NCBI RefSeq assembly: GCF_006345805.1
Contig: NC_043000.1
Span: 159,216,001-159,280,000, forward strand
Direction of reading: 5' to 3'
DNA: 64,000 bases
Source: Octopus sinensis
Lineage: Eukaryota
The position numbers were made by a program, and so were the translations under genes. Shown in pieces: positions 48,090-61,383 of this stretch (position 1 is the first letter of the stretch; each line of letters starts with the position of its first letter). The notes beneath the pieces are model-generated. The model was not told where the DNA came from, did no database searches, and saw nothing but the letters and a program-made list of their open reading frames with translations.

Positions 48090-49545
48090 TTCTTTCAACT
48101 CTGTCCAACATGTATCTTGAGTATTCATTTTCGATATTCGTAGTCCTATGCCGACTCTATTCTACATACATTACCTGGATGTAGTCCAAGATATCTGTAT
48201 ACGAAGCAGCAGTACCGTTTCCGAGATGAGAGCAGAACTCCATTATTGGACTCTCTTCAGCCTCTTAGAGTCTCAGCAGCTACTGGCGGCTGCAATATTT
48301 TCTGATCCTAACAGGAGGGGTTAGGTATTGGGATGTAGTCCTTATGTTAAGGATGTGTGAGGGCCATGTGTTTAGAGGAGTTGTTTTCTTGGAATGCTTA
48401 GTGATTGATCTTTTGTTTTTCTATTAAAAAGGACTTGTGGATTTAACCTCACTGAAGGATGCTCCCAAGATCTCCGTTTATAGAATGATTACAGCTTAGG
48501 CATATGAATGGTGCAATGGTTGGTAACAAATAGAACAAATTGAAATTCGTGTCATCTACGTAGAAGCGGCGTTGTTGGACGATGTATCAAAAAGGTCATT
48601 GATGTCTAGAAAGACGAGCGCGGAGGAAGAAAACCAAACTCTGGGGAGTACCTTAGTTGATAAAGGATGGGGCAGAAAGAGCACCGTCGGCACATGTCGC
48701 GTTGGCTGGAACATCTAGCCGACAAGTTTTGAGAGGATATTTGCATGTTAGACGAGTTGGATGGCTTTACTGATAGCTAATGCAATTACAAAGTGAGATC
48801 CCACTGGCGAATGACATGAACGAGTATGTCTTCAGTGGATCTGGTTCTCCAGAAGCTGTACAGGTGGTTCTTAAAGGGGGAAAATATTCAATGTGTTGGA
48901 GAAGGTCATTATTAATGGCAGTCTCCATTATCTTCGAAATTCTTAAAAGATGGAGTAGTTGAGAGATAGCTGGCTGTGTTTGAGGGGATATCTTTCTTTG
49001 GAATGCGTCACATTGCAGCATGCTTCCAAATGTCAAGGTATATTTTCATAGAGAGTGAGAGACTAAAACATTTGATAAGTTTAGGGGTACAATGTTTGAT
49101 TACAATAGGATGGACATTGTCATGGCAAGCGACATTGTTTGAAGCTGCCGGAGGTATTTCCTGTGTGGACGTACGCGAGATGGAATCTTTATAGTTTGGA
49201 ATGAACCAAATTTAGAGGCAATTGGTTAAGAATGAAGAATTGGATGTAAGCTGGCAACGAAAATGAGGGTGCTTCTCCACGGGTTTTCTACTTGCAAGGC
49301 CGTCGTTGTTTAGAAAATTAAAAGAGAACTACATAAAGTTGGTGGAGACCTGGAGGACTACCAGCAGTCTGGGAGGTGTGAAAGCTTGAGAGATGTATGA
49401 CGTACGAAATCGTACTTTGCTAACGAGATAGTTTTCTTTCATAAGATACGTTGATGCATGACCGTGACCCAGTTTTGAGGAATGAGTAAAATTCTCCAGG
49501 AGTCGGAGGCTTTGTTTCTCGCCCAAATAACCTCAGCTCAGCAAT
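48090..49545 (-). mobile_element. Heavily decayed CR1/Jockey-group LINE RT fragment
   Basis: Minus-strand remnants NDGLA..PVEK, IKHCTPKL...SLS...IWKHAA..IPKK, SKIMETAINNDLLQHIE, FLDINDLF...YVDDT and LDRVER, with many frameshifts. Confidence 0.65.
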
Positions 49546-49654
49546 GCGTAAATCACAAGGGTTTTGTTGTGTGAGAGGTGTGAAGAGATATGGTTATAAT
49601 CATTCATATACATACGTAAATGTACGTATGTATGTGTATATATATATAAATATA

Positions 49655-50011
<357 letters not shown>

Positions 50012-50305
50012 CATGAGATCGTGGTTTGAATCCCTAGAACGGGTGGTGCGTTGTGGTCTTGAGCAAACACTTCATCTCACGTTGCTTTACAATCACTTCG
50101 ACACCTGACGCGTGCTACACAGCCCATCTGTTCAGGCAACGTCGATTTGATGGGAAGAATCAGCTAATGTGTGCCACGAACATTTGATCACTGTATACAA
50201 ATCATTCGTGAAGGTCGTTCGGCAAAAGCTGAACGCCTACGTTGGCTTCGACGGAAGAGTCAATCATAGATACGCGCACATACACACACGCGCGCATGCA
50301 CACAG

Positions 50306-50350
<45 letters not shown>

Positions 50351-50356
50351 TATATG

Positions 50357-50404
<48 letters not shown>

Positions 50405-50411
<7 letters not shown>

Positions 50412-51229
50412 AATTCTGAAATGCGAAAAGTTTGTTTGTTTGTCTGGTTTTGGCATTGAGAACGGGTTAAAGGCCACTAGATCCCGTCGGATTGACTCCC
50501 AAATTTACAGGGACATGTAAAATGCGGCGAGGATGCGAGTGGGCTAGGTTAGAAATCTCCATCTTAAAAGGTGTCGTTGCTAGGACCAAAAGCGCACTTT
50601 GACAAGTCTGTTCTTTTATGTATCTGTCTTCCTCCATCACTCACTCTCTTTCCTCCCTTCCTTTCAATTTCTATCTATAACGTCGTTTCACAGCGTCTAC
50701 ACCCCTTCCCTTCACTTTCTTTTTATAACGTCGTTTCACAGCGATCTATATCTCCCCCTCCCTGCCTTCGACAGCGCTTTCACACACTCTCTCTCTCTCT
50801 CTCCCTACGTCTGTCTGCATTCATAGAGAGAATTATCATCGTCACAACCACCACACAATCATAAGAACAAATATTATGATCAGATATTTATTGGGTTAAT
50901 TTATATATGTGTGTGTGTGTGTGTATTCTATATATAAATATGTATATATAATGTATATATACAAAGTTTATATATCTGTATTTATGTATATTAAACTTTT
51001 TAATACTTTTTGATAGTTATATATATTTTAAAAAATTATAAATATAAATTAATAATTTTAATTTTAAATTTAAATAATTTAAATTTTAAAATTTTATATT
51101 TTATATATTTTGTATATTATATTTTTATGTTTTGGTTTATGTTTTTCACTATTTGATTTGCCTAATAGTGGTTTTATCTCTAATTTAATTATATATATAT
51201 ATAATATTGTATACATTTGTAATATAATG

Positions 51230-51269
<40 letters not shown>

Positions 51270-51298
51270 ATATATATGCGTATATATATATATATATA

Positions 51299-51338
<40 letters not shown>

Positions 51339-52206
51339 GTGTGCATTATGTGGTCGGTTGTGCTGAAAATATGCACACCTATGTTAAAAGTGCTGGCGAG
51401 TTTGCATTGCAACTATTTTTTTCCTCAAATGAAAGGCGTGACCTCTAGGACAAAATTCCTCATCTTATAAAATGTGGCCCGAGTAGACCCGAATGAAATC
51501 GGGTTATATTAACCAAAATGTGAAAAGAGGTCTAAATGGGGCTTGAAGGGGATTAAAATTTACAGGAGCGGGTGTTTAGGAATTCTCTGTTACATCAAGC
51601 TAATAAATTTGCGCCAGCCTTTTAAGCGTCAATGTGTTGCCGTCCATGATGAAGAAGTTTTGAATGCTTGCCATGGTGAGTCTACTGTCGTGAGAAAGAA
51701 TCACTCCAAAGCTTGGTGTTTAGGAATTTTCTTTTACATCAAGTTTAAAATTTTACGCCGGCCTTTAAACTGCCACTACGTTGCTGTCCGTCGTTAAGAA
51801 ATGCCAGCCATGGTGACTCTACTATCCTTAGATATTTTTTTTTTTTAATTCAGCTCGCAAGTTCGTCTGTCCCTTTTAAATGTTAGTGTTTTGCTGTCTG
51901 CCTTGAAGCAGATCTTTCCGTTGTCACTGCCTGATATTTATTATTGATCTTTCAAAATATTTTCTTTCTCAACTTACTCAAGATCTCTTGTTGTTTATAA
52001 ATGGGAGAGAGAGAGATAGAGAAAGATAGGGAGTAAGAGAAAGCGAGGGAGAGTCCGAGAGAAAGGAAGAGTAAGAGAGTGGAAAAGTGAGAGAGAAAGG
52101 AGAGAGAAAGAAAGAGGGAGAATGTGGTAATGAAAAACAGAAAGGAAGCAACAGAAAGTAACAACCACACTCTTACCCGCGAGTAGAGCGGGCCACCTTT
52201 AGCTAG
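50405..52206 (+). mobile_element. Probable ~1.8-kb non-autonomous Helitron
   Basis: 3' hairpin cccgc-gagtaga-gcggg at 52176-52192, then ccacctttagCTAG|T at 52206. The probable 5' end lies in the (TA)n before aattctgaaatgcgaaaagtttgtttgtttg and is uncertain. Confidence 0.45.
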
Positions 52207-52297
<91 letters not shown>

Positions 52298-52533
52298 AGT
52301 ATGTCGCTCACATACAACTCCTGGGTTCATTAACGATCCACATCTATTGGTGGGTTGAGTACATTTCTGTTGATCAGAGTTGTAGAGAGGAGTTGAGTAG
52401 GGGTCTGAGTTATTTTTGAAGTTGAGCGGTTGAAGACGGAGTGTTTTTGTGAGTAGATCGTTAATTAATTGTTCGTTATTGCTGTTTGTTAATATTGTAT
52501 AACTGTCGTGTTATTTTTCCCCATTGAGGGAAA

Positions 52534-53914
52534 ATGGAGAAAACGCCAGCGGGCGGCCACAGTAATGCGGCCGCAACTGGAAAAGGAAGCTGAAGATAAA
52601 ACGTTGGAGGCATTCGAAATCAAGGCCGAACCTAGAAAAATGAAGGCAGGCATGTGAAAAGTTCCTGGAGAAGGAGGGCGAGACGCTGAAGCTGACGCCA
52701 CCTGCAGAGCTGACAAACAGCATAACGAAACGGAAAGTCACGTATAAAACTATGAGAATTGCAACAAGAAAAATAGAGATTGCGACAGTGGAGGAAATAG
52801 AAGAAGTGTTGAAAAATATTAAAAAGTTAACTTTTATAACAAGAAGAAAGAGGTATTCCACCGTGAATATGCGCTTCGCGACAGAGGAGGAGGCGATCAA
52901 ACACGCAATAGAGGCAATAAGATCGGAGGAGTGGGTACTTATGCCGTAGTACTGCGGCAAACATGTGGCCAGAGTGCGAGTAGGTCAAGTACCCCTGAAC
53001 TAGAAGAGGCATGGCTCATAACAGCCATAATGTTCAATATGAAAGATGGAGCCAAGATATTGAAGGCCACAAGAACTAACAAACTCAACTACTGGGGATG
53101 TGGGATAGAACTCACTATCCAGGCAACCGTAGAGGATTTGAATAGGATTGCAGAGGAGATAGTGCTACCAGACGACTTGAGATTGAGAATGAAGGTGGAG
53201 GGCAGGCGGCCTGTATGCTTTGAATGTGGAGAGAAGGGCCACATGAAGGCATGGTGCACTCAGAAAAAGCAACAAGCAGAGCAGGTGGAGAGACAAGAGA
53301 GCGTGGACCAGGTAGAACAGGTCGAGACAAAGGTAAAAGAAACAGAGGATGATTTTACTGTGGTGAAAAAAAGGAGGAGCGGAGGGTTGGGTTCTCCGCC
53401 AGAGAAACGGAAAAAGAAGAGAGAAGATATGAGAAAAGAAACTGTGAAGGAGGTCAGCAGGAAGGAAAACAAAAGGGTGACAGAGAAGGAAAGTAAAAAG
53501 AAAGTGGAGCTACAAGTAAAGGTACCAGTTGTTCCGGTGGGAAAGGATTCGGAAATTCAACTGGCCGAAGAAGAGATGGAGAGTCTGTTTAGAGTGGAGG
53601 AGGAGGAAAAGAGAGAACAAAGAGTTCAAAATAAAGGAAAGAAAATACAAGGAGGAAATGGAGTATGGTATTATGTGACGTGCCCAAAGAATGTAGAAAC
53701 AGAGGAGAAGTTTAATCAAATAGTAAGGATGAAAGTACCATCATACATGTATGCAGAGGATATGAAAGCGATAGTGATCGAAAAGGAAAATTACAAGAAA
53801 CTGGAGGAAATGTGTGGAGATAGTATTGACCCACCAGGAGTGAGGGTGAAATTCAAAGAATTGCCACCAGTAATGGATTTAATAGAAATTGAACCATTGA
53901 TGAAGTACTACTAA
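52534..53914 (+). pseudogene. Disrupted gag-like ORF1 with a CCHC zinc knuckle
   Basis: CFECGEKGHMKAWC (C-x2-C-x4-H-x4-C). An upstream RRM-like segment MRIATRKIEIAT...TVNMRFATEEEA...VARVRVGQVP joins across a stop and frameshifts; the C-terminal half is Lys/Glu-rich. Confidence 0.75.
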
Positions 53915-54140
53915 AAAGAAAATAAGTATGTTAAATTGACAGGAAAAAAGAAAAAGAAAGGAAAAAGGAGAAAAAATAAAGAGTAAAGTGTTTTATGTTA
54001 TGTTTGAAGAATATTGAAAAATAGAACAATTGTAGAGAATATATTTAATGGTTCAAATACTTGCAATGAATTGTTTTGTAAATACTTGATAAAAATGGAC
54101 TGTAAAAAAAAAAGATTAATTATACTGTATGTGATGAGGG

Positions 54141-54558
54141 AAGGCGGCGAGCTGGCAGAAACGTTAGCACAGCGGGCGAAATGTTTTGCGGTATTTCGTC
54201 TGCGTTACGTTGTGAGTTCAAATTCCGCCGAGGTCGACTTTGCCTTTCATCCTTTCGGGGTCGATAAATTAAGTACCAGTTACGCACTGGGGTCGATGTA
54301 ATCGACTTAATACCTATGTCTGTCCTTGTTTGTCCCCTCTGTGTTTAGCCCCTTGTGGGTAGTAAAGAAATAGGTATTTCGTCTGCCGTTACGTTCTGAG
54401 TTCAAATTCCGCCGAGGTTGACTTTGCTTTTCATCCTTTCGGGGTCGATATATTAAGTACCAGTTACGCACTGGGGTCGATGTAATCGACTTAATGCATA
54501 TGTCTGTCCTTGTTTGTCCCCTCTGTGTTTATCCCCTTGTGGGTAATAAAGAAATAGG
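54141..54558 (+). mobile_element. SINE family A dimer inside one 18-bp TSD
   Basis: TSD tactgtatgtgatgaggg at 54123-54140 and 54559-54576. Confidence 0.93.
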
Positions 54559-56739
54559 TACTGTATGTGATGAGGGGCGCATGCAGCCATTCATAACCTC
54601 ATTGTTATATAATCATCTCATTCATATTCGTTTTACGTATTGTTCCCTCTGTGGTGTCCTGTCTGTCCTTGTTTGCCCCCCTCTATTTTGGGCCCTTGTG
54701 GCTAATAAAGAAACAGTGTACATTTTTTTGACCTACCCACACGGTTTAATGTACAATATATAAATGTGTGTGAGAGAGAGAGAGAGAAGGTGTGTATGCG
54801 TGTGTTTGTGTATAAACTGCCTGGAATATGGCAATATTAACTAAAATGGGTGTGTGCGTGTGTAAATTAGTATTACCATTTTAAATTGTGGCCAATTAGA
54901 ATGTTAATTACAGTTAAAAACACGTTAGTCTATTACTAATGTTATTTTAATTATACTCGCAATTTGCCGAATTAGAGCTGAGAGAATCGCAAAGCCAATG
55001 CAAAATATTGTTGACGAAAATACATGAAAATTAACATTACTCAGCTACGCCGTCTGAATGGAAAAAGAAAGTAATAGTCAAGTTCGGTTTTGTTATATCT
55101 AATGAAGCCCGTTTTTAAAAGTCGCTAGAAATAATGCGATGAATAAAAGGTACATTTAGTAAATCGCTAATACATTTTTTTTCTTGACAAATGCGGGAGA
55201 TAAGTGAGGACATTTTTTCAGATTTATTAAACCTAAGATAAGAATCCAAAGTAGTGTGGATAGTATCGTTAAGCTGAGAATGTCTAAACAGGCTGAAAGT
55301 TGTGTAGAGTTGTCTACCCTACATACTAGAATAATTGAAATATTGCTTATTCATTGACTAATAATGCTTTCGTCTACGCAGTGTATATTAACACTAACGT
55401 GGTTAGTGATTTTTATGCGAATTGTATCGGCTAAAAATTTGTTAAAGTAATTTATAGTCTAAAATATGATCTACTAGTGATTTCCTTATTTTAAAATTAT
55501 AAGTTGAGTAATTTAGTTTACCTATTTACCGACCTAGAAATTTATTATTTATCAAAATTAACATATAAATAAAATAAATTAACCAAGAAAAAAAAAGACT
55601 ATTCCCATCATACACTCACTTCCGGCTTCTCCTGATTTATTACTATAAATAATGGAAAATACCTTTTAAGAACTTTTAAATGTTAATAAGAATTATCTCC
55701 CCCCAAAAGTAGCTCTCAATGTTGGATTATACGATTGCTGGTAGCCATGTTTAATTCATGGAGAGAAAATTACCATACAGATTTTTTACTAACATTTCTT
55801 TTTCCTACTTTTATTCCACATTTCTGTTCATTATTTACTAAAATGAAATTATTCCAACAACTTAATTTCATTAAACTTGAAATATATATACGACATTATA
55901 CGTCATTTAAACGTTGGAACTTAGTTTTTTTAAAGCATTCTAAAACGGCTAAGAAAGCGATTCACACAGGCGCTCCTCAATAACCAGCGAATTTAAATAT
56001 GATATATTAAGTTCTTTATAATTTTGTTCGTACAGTTGTCCGAATAGTCGGTATTTGAGTGAACTATTTAGAGTTTTGTTAATTCAGCTGATGCTGATGT
56101 AAGCAATCGCTACGGATTTAGTAACTAAATTTGGACTGTGAATCTTGTACTGTCTCACTAATACGTTCGTCATTGACTTGTGCATGTGTGCAATAAACCT
56201 GCACTAACAACCCATCGTTAACGGAACACCATTAATTGCATCTATCACTGTATTTGTAAGAGAAATGTCCTTTTCTTTAAAACAACAAAACGCTCCCATG
56301 ACAAGAAATATCGACAGGACATTTACCACCTGTTTACAATTTCTGGCGAATAATAACTCACGAATTATTTCCTCTTCTTTTCTAAACCGAACATAAGCTA
56401 ACAGTAAAGCTTCTTTCCTTGGTTGAGTTAATTCAATACACTGTAACGAAAATTGGACAGCCCCCTATAACCTGGAAAATGTGTCATACACATTTGCCCA
56501 TTTCACCAATTCTGTTATAATGTACTATTGCTCAAAGAAATGTTATTGATTATGGCAATCACCCGCTTGTGCAACACGGTTTATAAAAGTCTCACTAACA
56601 GCCGACTGGTTCACTTCCTTAACAACAGTATGTAGCCTACGGATATAAAAATCGGTAACGAATTGCAGTAAAAAGCGTGTAAGCCTTCACATTTTTACAT
56701 TCAATTGGTTAAAAATATACTTGACAACTTCGAATGATT

Positions 56740-57342
56740 TATTTCTTTATTGCCCACAGGGGGCTAAACATAGAGGAGACAAACAAGGACAAACAAAGGG
56801 ATTAAGTCGATTATATCGACCTCCAGTGCGTAACTGGTACTTATTTAATCGACCCCGAAAGGATGAAAGGCAAAGTCGACCTCAGCGGAATTTGAACTCA
56901 GAACGTAACGGCAGACGAAATACCTATTTCTTTACCACCCACAAGGGGTTAAACATAGAGGGGACAAACAAGGACAGATAAAGGGATTAAGTCGATTATA
57001 TGACCTCCAGTGCGTAACTGGTACTTAATTTATAGACCTCGAAAGGATGAAAGGCAAAGTCAATCTCGGCGGAATTTGAACTCACAACGTAACGGCAGAC
57101 GAAATACCTATTTCTTTACCACCCACAAGGGGTTAAACATAGAGGGGACAAACAAGGATAGATAAACGGATTAAGTCGATTATATCGACTCAGTGCGTAA
57201 CTGATACTTATTTAATCGACCCCGAAGGGATGAAAGGCAAAGTCGACCTCGGCGGAATTTGAACTCGGAACGTAACGACAGACGAAATACGGCTACGCAT
57301 TTCGCCCGGCGTGCTAACGCTTCTGCCAGCTCACCGCTCTTA
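56740..57342 (-). mobile_element. SINE family A trimer (head plus three bodies)
   Basis: Junctions gacgaaatacctatttcttt at ~56915 and ~57100; flanking gaatgatt at 56732-56739 and 57343-57350. Confidence 0.9.
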
Positions 57343-57955
57343 GAATGATTAAGATATCAGTCGTGAAGTGCTTTAAAATAAAATATATCTTTTGACTTCT
57401 CAGCTTGTATTATTTTCAAGTACACTTATAAGATTGAAAGATTTGTGGAGTCATTAGAAAACAAGTTTTTTTAGCAAATCATAACGTTACTTGCCCACTT
57501 TTCAAACATGAAACCCTCTTTCTGCTGCACCTGCTTTCGCACCTCTTCTAGTTTAGTTTTGATAACTGTTCATCAGTCGTTGACATAAATAGAAAGTAAA
57601 TAAATCTATAAAATGGCGAAGTAATATATTGAAAGAACTAAGAAAGTCAAGAAGTCAGTGACCTGTTTACTACCATAATTCCACTTTTGGAATACCATAA
57701 ACAGGATTCTTTGTCCACAAATGTGTGATTAGTTACAAGAAACGTTGACTGAACCATTGCAATTAGGTCCAAACATCCAATTATCAAGTAAGAGGTTAAT
57801 TGACTTAGAAATAATGTTACATAATACAGTTCAGTTCTCAATAAGGATTGTGAGTGCGAGAACATTTCAAAGTATTAAATTAAGAACAATAAAATAAAAA
57901 GAAACGATTTAACCATAACTAATGATTTAATACATCATACATATTAAGTGAATAA

Positions 57956-59760
57956 CCGTAAATCCTCGAGTATAGTCCGCCCTTGAGTATAATAAGGCAG
58001 GAGATTTTTAGGGGGCTGTACCTCTGTAAAATCTAAACCTTGTGTATAATACGCGCCCCTTCTCTAACTTGAGTCAATGAGGTCTGTATAACGTCCTTGG
58101 TTTGTAAAAATGTATACGGTAACGTCCTTTATTATTATTATTATGATTATATATATAACATAATGCAAACGTGTAGCTTTTTTTGTGCATTTTGTTTGCA
58201 GAAAATAAAGAAATAACAGTAATGTTGCTTACTGCAAATTATGGATGATTCTTTTATGACTTCATTGCTTTCAGGCTTAGCTTAAGGTATTTTCGCGCTC
58301 GACATCACAAAATGCGTCTGAATAAACATTGCCGGACAGCAAATAGAGACTCGGACATTGCTTAGAAAATAATTTTCATTTTTATCTTTGTATATAGTAA
58401 GCACGAGGGATTTTGACCTCAGTATTCATAACTAGAGTTTTCTCGCAGCTAGTAAATTTTATGAAGTGGGAATAGACAATAAATAATAAACACGCATACT
58501 AGCTTGTCATCATTCGATCTTCCTTTAGTACTCGTTTTGAGGTCGTCATTCCTTATTGCTTTGTTACTTGTACTTCGTTCACTGGAAGCAGAAGTCATCT
58601 TTATATATAAAAGTGAAGTTGTGTGTCTGTCTCCTACGATTTAGATTCCTAACTACTCCCACATTTTGCGGTGCAGTTTAACCAAAACTGGGTATCTTAT
58701 AGTCGTGATTCATATCGAACCCTTCTGGGTATTAGCGCGCGTCTACGATGAGTCTACGATTTAAAAAAAATTTACCATCATTTTTTCCATTTTAATGCAT
58801 TTTTTCGCTATTATATAAGGGAAGTAACTCTCTAAAAATGTCTTCGATGAGTCAACGATTTAAAAAAAAATTTACCATAATTTTTTTTCCATTTTTAATG
58901 CATTATTTTGCTATTTTTTGGCTATAACTCTCTAAAAATGCTTATATAGTTATTTCCCTTACAAACCCGAGCAACGCCGGGCGATACTGCTAGTTTATTT
59001 ATAAACGTAGTAAGAGGTTTTTGACTTCCATTTGTACGTATTTATTAGTTATAAATTTGATGATAACAAGCGTGAGATATATTTAGATTTGAACCAACTT
59101 TTCTATTTCGCTCGAAATTTGGTACATGATAGTTGAAAATATGAATCCCTTTTGAATGCTTAAAAAGGGCTTCATCATCTCCTTTGAAGACCGGAGGAAT
59201 AAACAAGAATTTTCGTTGTTAGATCTTTTTGAGATATTTCATAATGCTCTTCCATTTCAATGAGGTCTTAAGTGTATGGACTCTTGATCGAGCGACTGAA
59301 ACAGATCATTTATGCCATTTGTAGAAAACATTAAGGTGTAATTGATCAGCAATATCAAAGATCACTTCTGTTTCATTTGAATCTCAGCCTCTTCAGTTTC
59401 TTCATCTCCCTAAAAATTCTCAATTGAATGAGGCAGAATTCCTTCTTCCAAGCAACTTTCATATTATTCTCTATAATTTGTTCCATGATTCTTTTGATAT
59501 TTTTAGCCCATCAAGAACATTGAATGATTTGTTGAATTCTTTCACCGCTGGATCTCCTTCCTTGTCAAAAGCATGTAATAACTGATCAAACAATCTGCCG
59601 AAGATAATATGCTTTAGCTATTGTAATATTGTCTTTGTCCATTGTTTGGAAAAGTGACATTGCATTCGGTAGCATAACCATAATGTAACTTTTGAATGGC
59701 GATGTTGTAACGATTATAGTTGACACGATGCATTGTTTACAATCTGTAGCACATGTAACA
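57956..59760 (-). mobile_element. Decayed pogo/Tigger-like DNA transposon, interrupted by a Helitron
   Basis: Terminal sequence ccgtaaatcctcgagtatagtccgc at 57956. Minus-strand DDE_1-like remnant MLPNAMSLFQTMDKDNITIAKAYYLR...KEFNKSFNVLDGLK..KESW...NMKVAWKK at ~59150-59720. Joining the two parts is inference. Confidence 0.5.
58598..58993 (+). mobile_element. Non-autonomous Helitron
   Basis: A|TC 5' end (tctttatatataaaagtgaagttg); 3' hairpin cccg-agcaacgc-cggg at 58966-58981; CTAG|T end; internal ~105-bp tandem duplication. Confidence 0.85.
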
Positions 59761-59837
59761 GAATATTTTGGTCCTCATATTCTTTTTTACTTCAAATAAA
59801 TAGTGATGCAAACAAATAAAAATAAAATATCACTCAG

Positions 59838-60165
59838 TAGTATCACTCCGTTGGTTACGACGACGAGAGTTCCAACTGATCCGATCAATGGAGCAGCCTG
59901 CTCGTGTGATTAGCATGCATGTTGTTGAGCACTCCACACACACACACATGTACCCTTAACGTAGTTCTCAGGGAGATTCAGCGTGATACGGGGTGTAACA
60001 AGGCTGGCCCTTCGAAGTACAGGTACTATTCATTTTTGCCAGCTGAGTGAACTGGAGCAACCTGAAATAAAGTGTCTTGCTCAAGGACACAACGGGACGC
60101 CGGGAATCGAACTTACAACCTTACGATTCTGAGCCGAATGCCCTAACCACTAAGCCACGCACCGT
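59838..60165 (-). mobile_element. tRNA-derived SINE (family D-related, different tail)
   Basis: Minus-strand head gtggcttagtggttagggcattcggc...gttcgattccc, then gtgtccttgagcaagacactttatttc. Confidence 0.75.
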
Positions 60166-60784
60166 CACCATTGTAATAGTAACCCCGGTATAATTTTTTC
60201 GGACACTTTGAATCTAACGGTTTTTGTGTGTTTCTTAAATAGCTTATAAACACCTTCAACCCTGCAACTGTTTTCGTTCCAGCACACGATCTCAGATCAG
60301 GTCACTTGCTATGCAAGTACATCTCCGTAAGGTCTTAACTTACTATTTAGTAAATTACCTCCAACCAATTATACTAATTATTTAACTGCTTTAAAACCTG
60401 CAAACGATGTCTGTTTGTTTTGAGTTTGGCTCCTTGCTGGCATGCGTTTCCAAAAGAGGCATGCTTCGTCTACATTAACAATTTGTCAGAGTGCGTAACC
60501 ATATTCTTCCAATTCTTTTGAAACTAAGTTTTCTGCTTGATTATCAGAAGTAGAAGCATCTTGCACTTCTACATTATGCCAACCAGCTGTTTATACATAT
60601 ACATATATATGCATGCATACATACAAGCATATTAGATTACATACATGTATGCGGTGTGGTGTATTGTTGTTGTGGTGGTGGTGGTGGCGGTGTGTGTGAA
60701 TGTGTGTAAAATCAGGCTCTGCTTCCCTTAAAGACTTCTTTTCGGTTGTCTTCTTTTTATCTTTATTTGTCTCCAAAACATGCT

Positions 60785-61190
60785 CAGTAGTGGCTGTGTG
60801 GTAAGTAGCTTGCCAACCAACCACATGGTTCCGGGTTCAGTCCCACTGCGTGGCATCTTGTGCAAGTGTCTCCTGCTATAGCCTCGGCCCGACCAATGCC
60901 TTGTGAGTGGATTTGGTAGACGGAAACTGAAAGAAGCCTATCGTATATATGTATATATATATATGTATGTGTGTGTGTTTGTGTGTCTGTGTTTGTTCCC
61001 CTAGCATTGCTTGACAACCGATGCTGGAGTGTTTACGTCCCCGTCACCTAGCGGTTCGGCAAAAGAGACCGATAGAATAAGTACTGGGTTTACAAAAAGA
61101 ATAAGTCCCGGGGTCGAGTTGCTCGACTAAAGGCGGTGCTCCAGCATGGCCGCAGTCAAATGACTGAAACAAGTAAAAGAGTAAAAGAGT
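60785..61190 (+). mobile_element. CORE-type SINE family B
   Basis: Full-length match. Confidence 0.9.
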
Positions 61191-61383
61191 AGTAATAACG
61201 AATAATCTCAGTGTTTTAAACAGTTATGTCGATAAAAGCGAGGAATAAGGGTGAGCGCTCTTGCATTACCTTCGTAGATTACAGTTGAATGTAATTTTTG
61301 CTTTGAAACATTTGCTCATTTATCCTTATGTACTTTCTATCTAAAGATATTGTTCTCCATTTCATTATATTATCACTGACGTT

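Larger units (their letters stand above)
52310..54713 (+). mobile_element. ORF1-only non-LTR retroelement (L1/Tx1-like, HAL1-type architecture), interrupted by a SINE-A dimer
   Basis: A 5' leader, a gag-like ORF1, no RT sequence, then a 3' tail at 54660-54713 homologous to the SINE-A tail. Confidence 0.55.
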
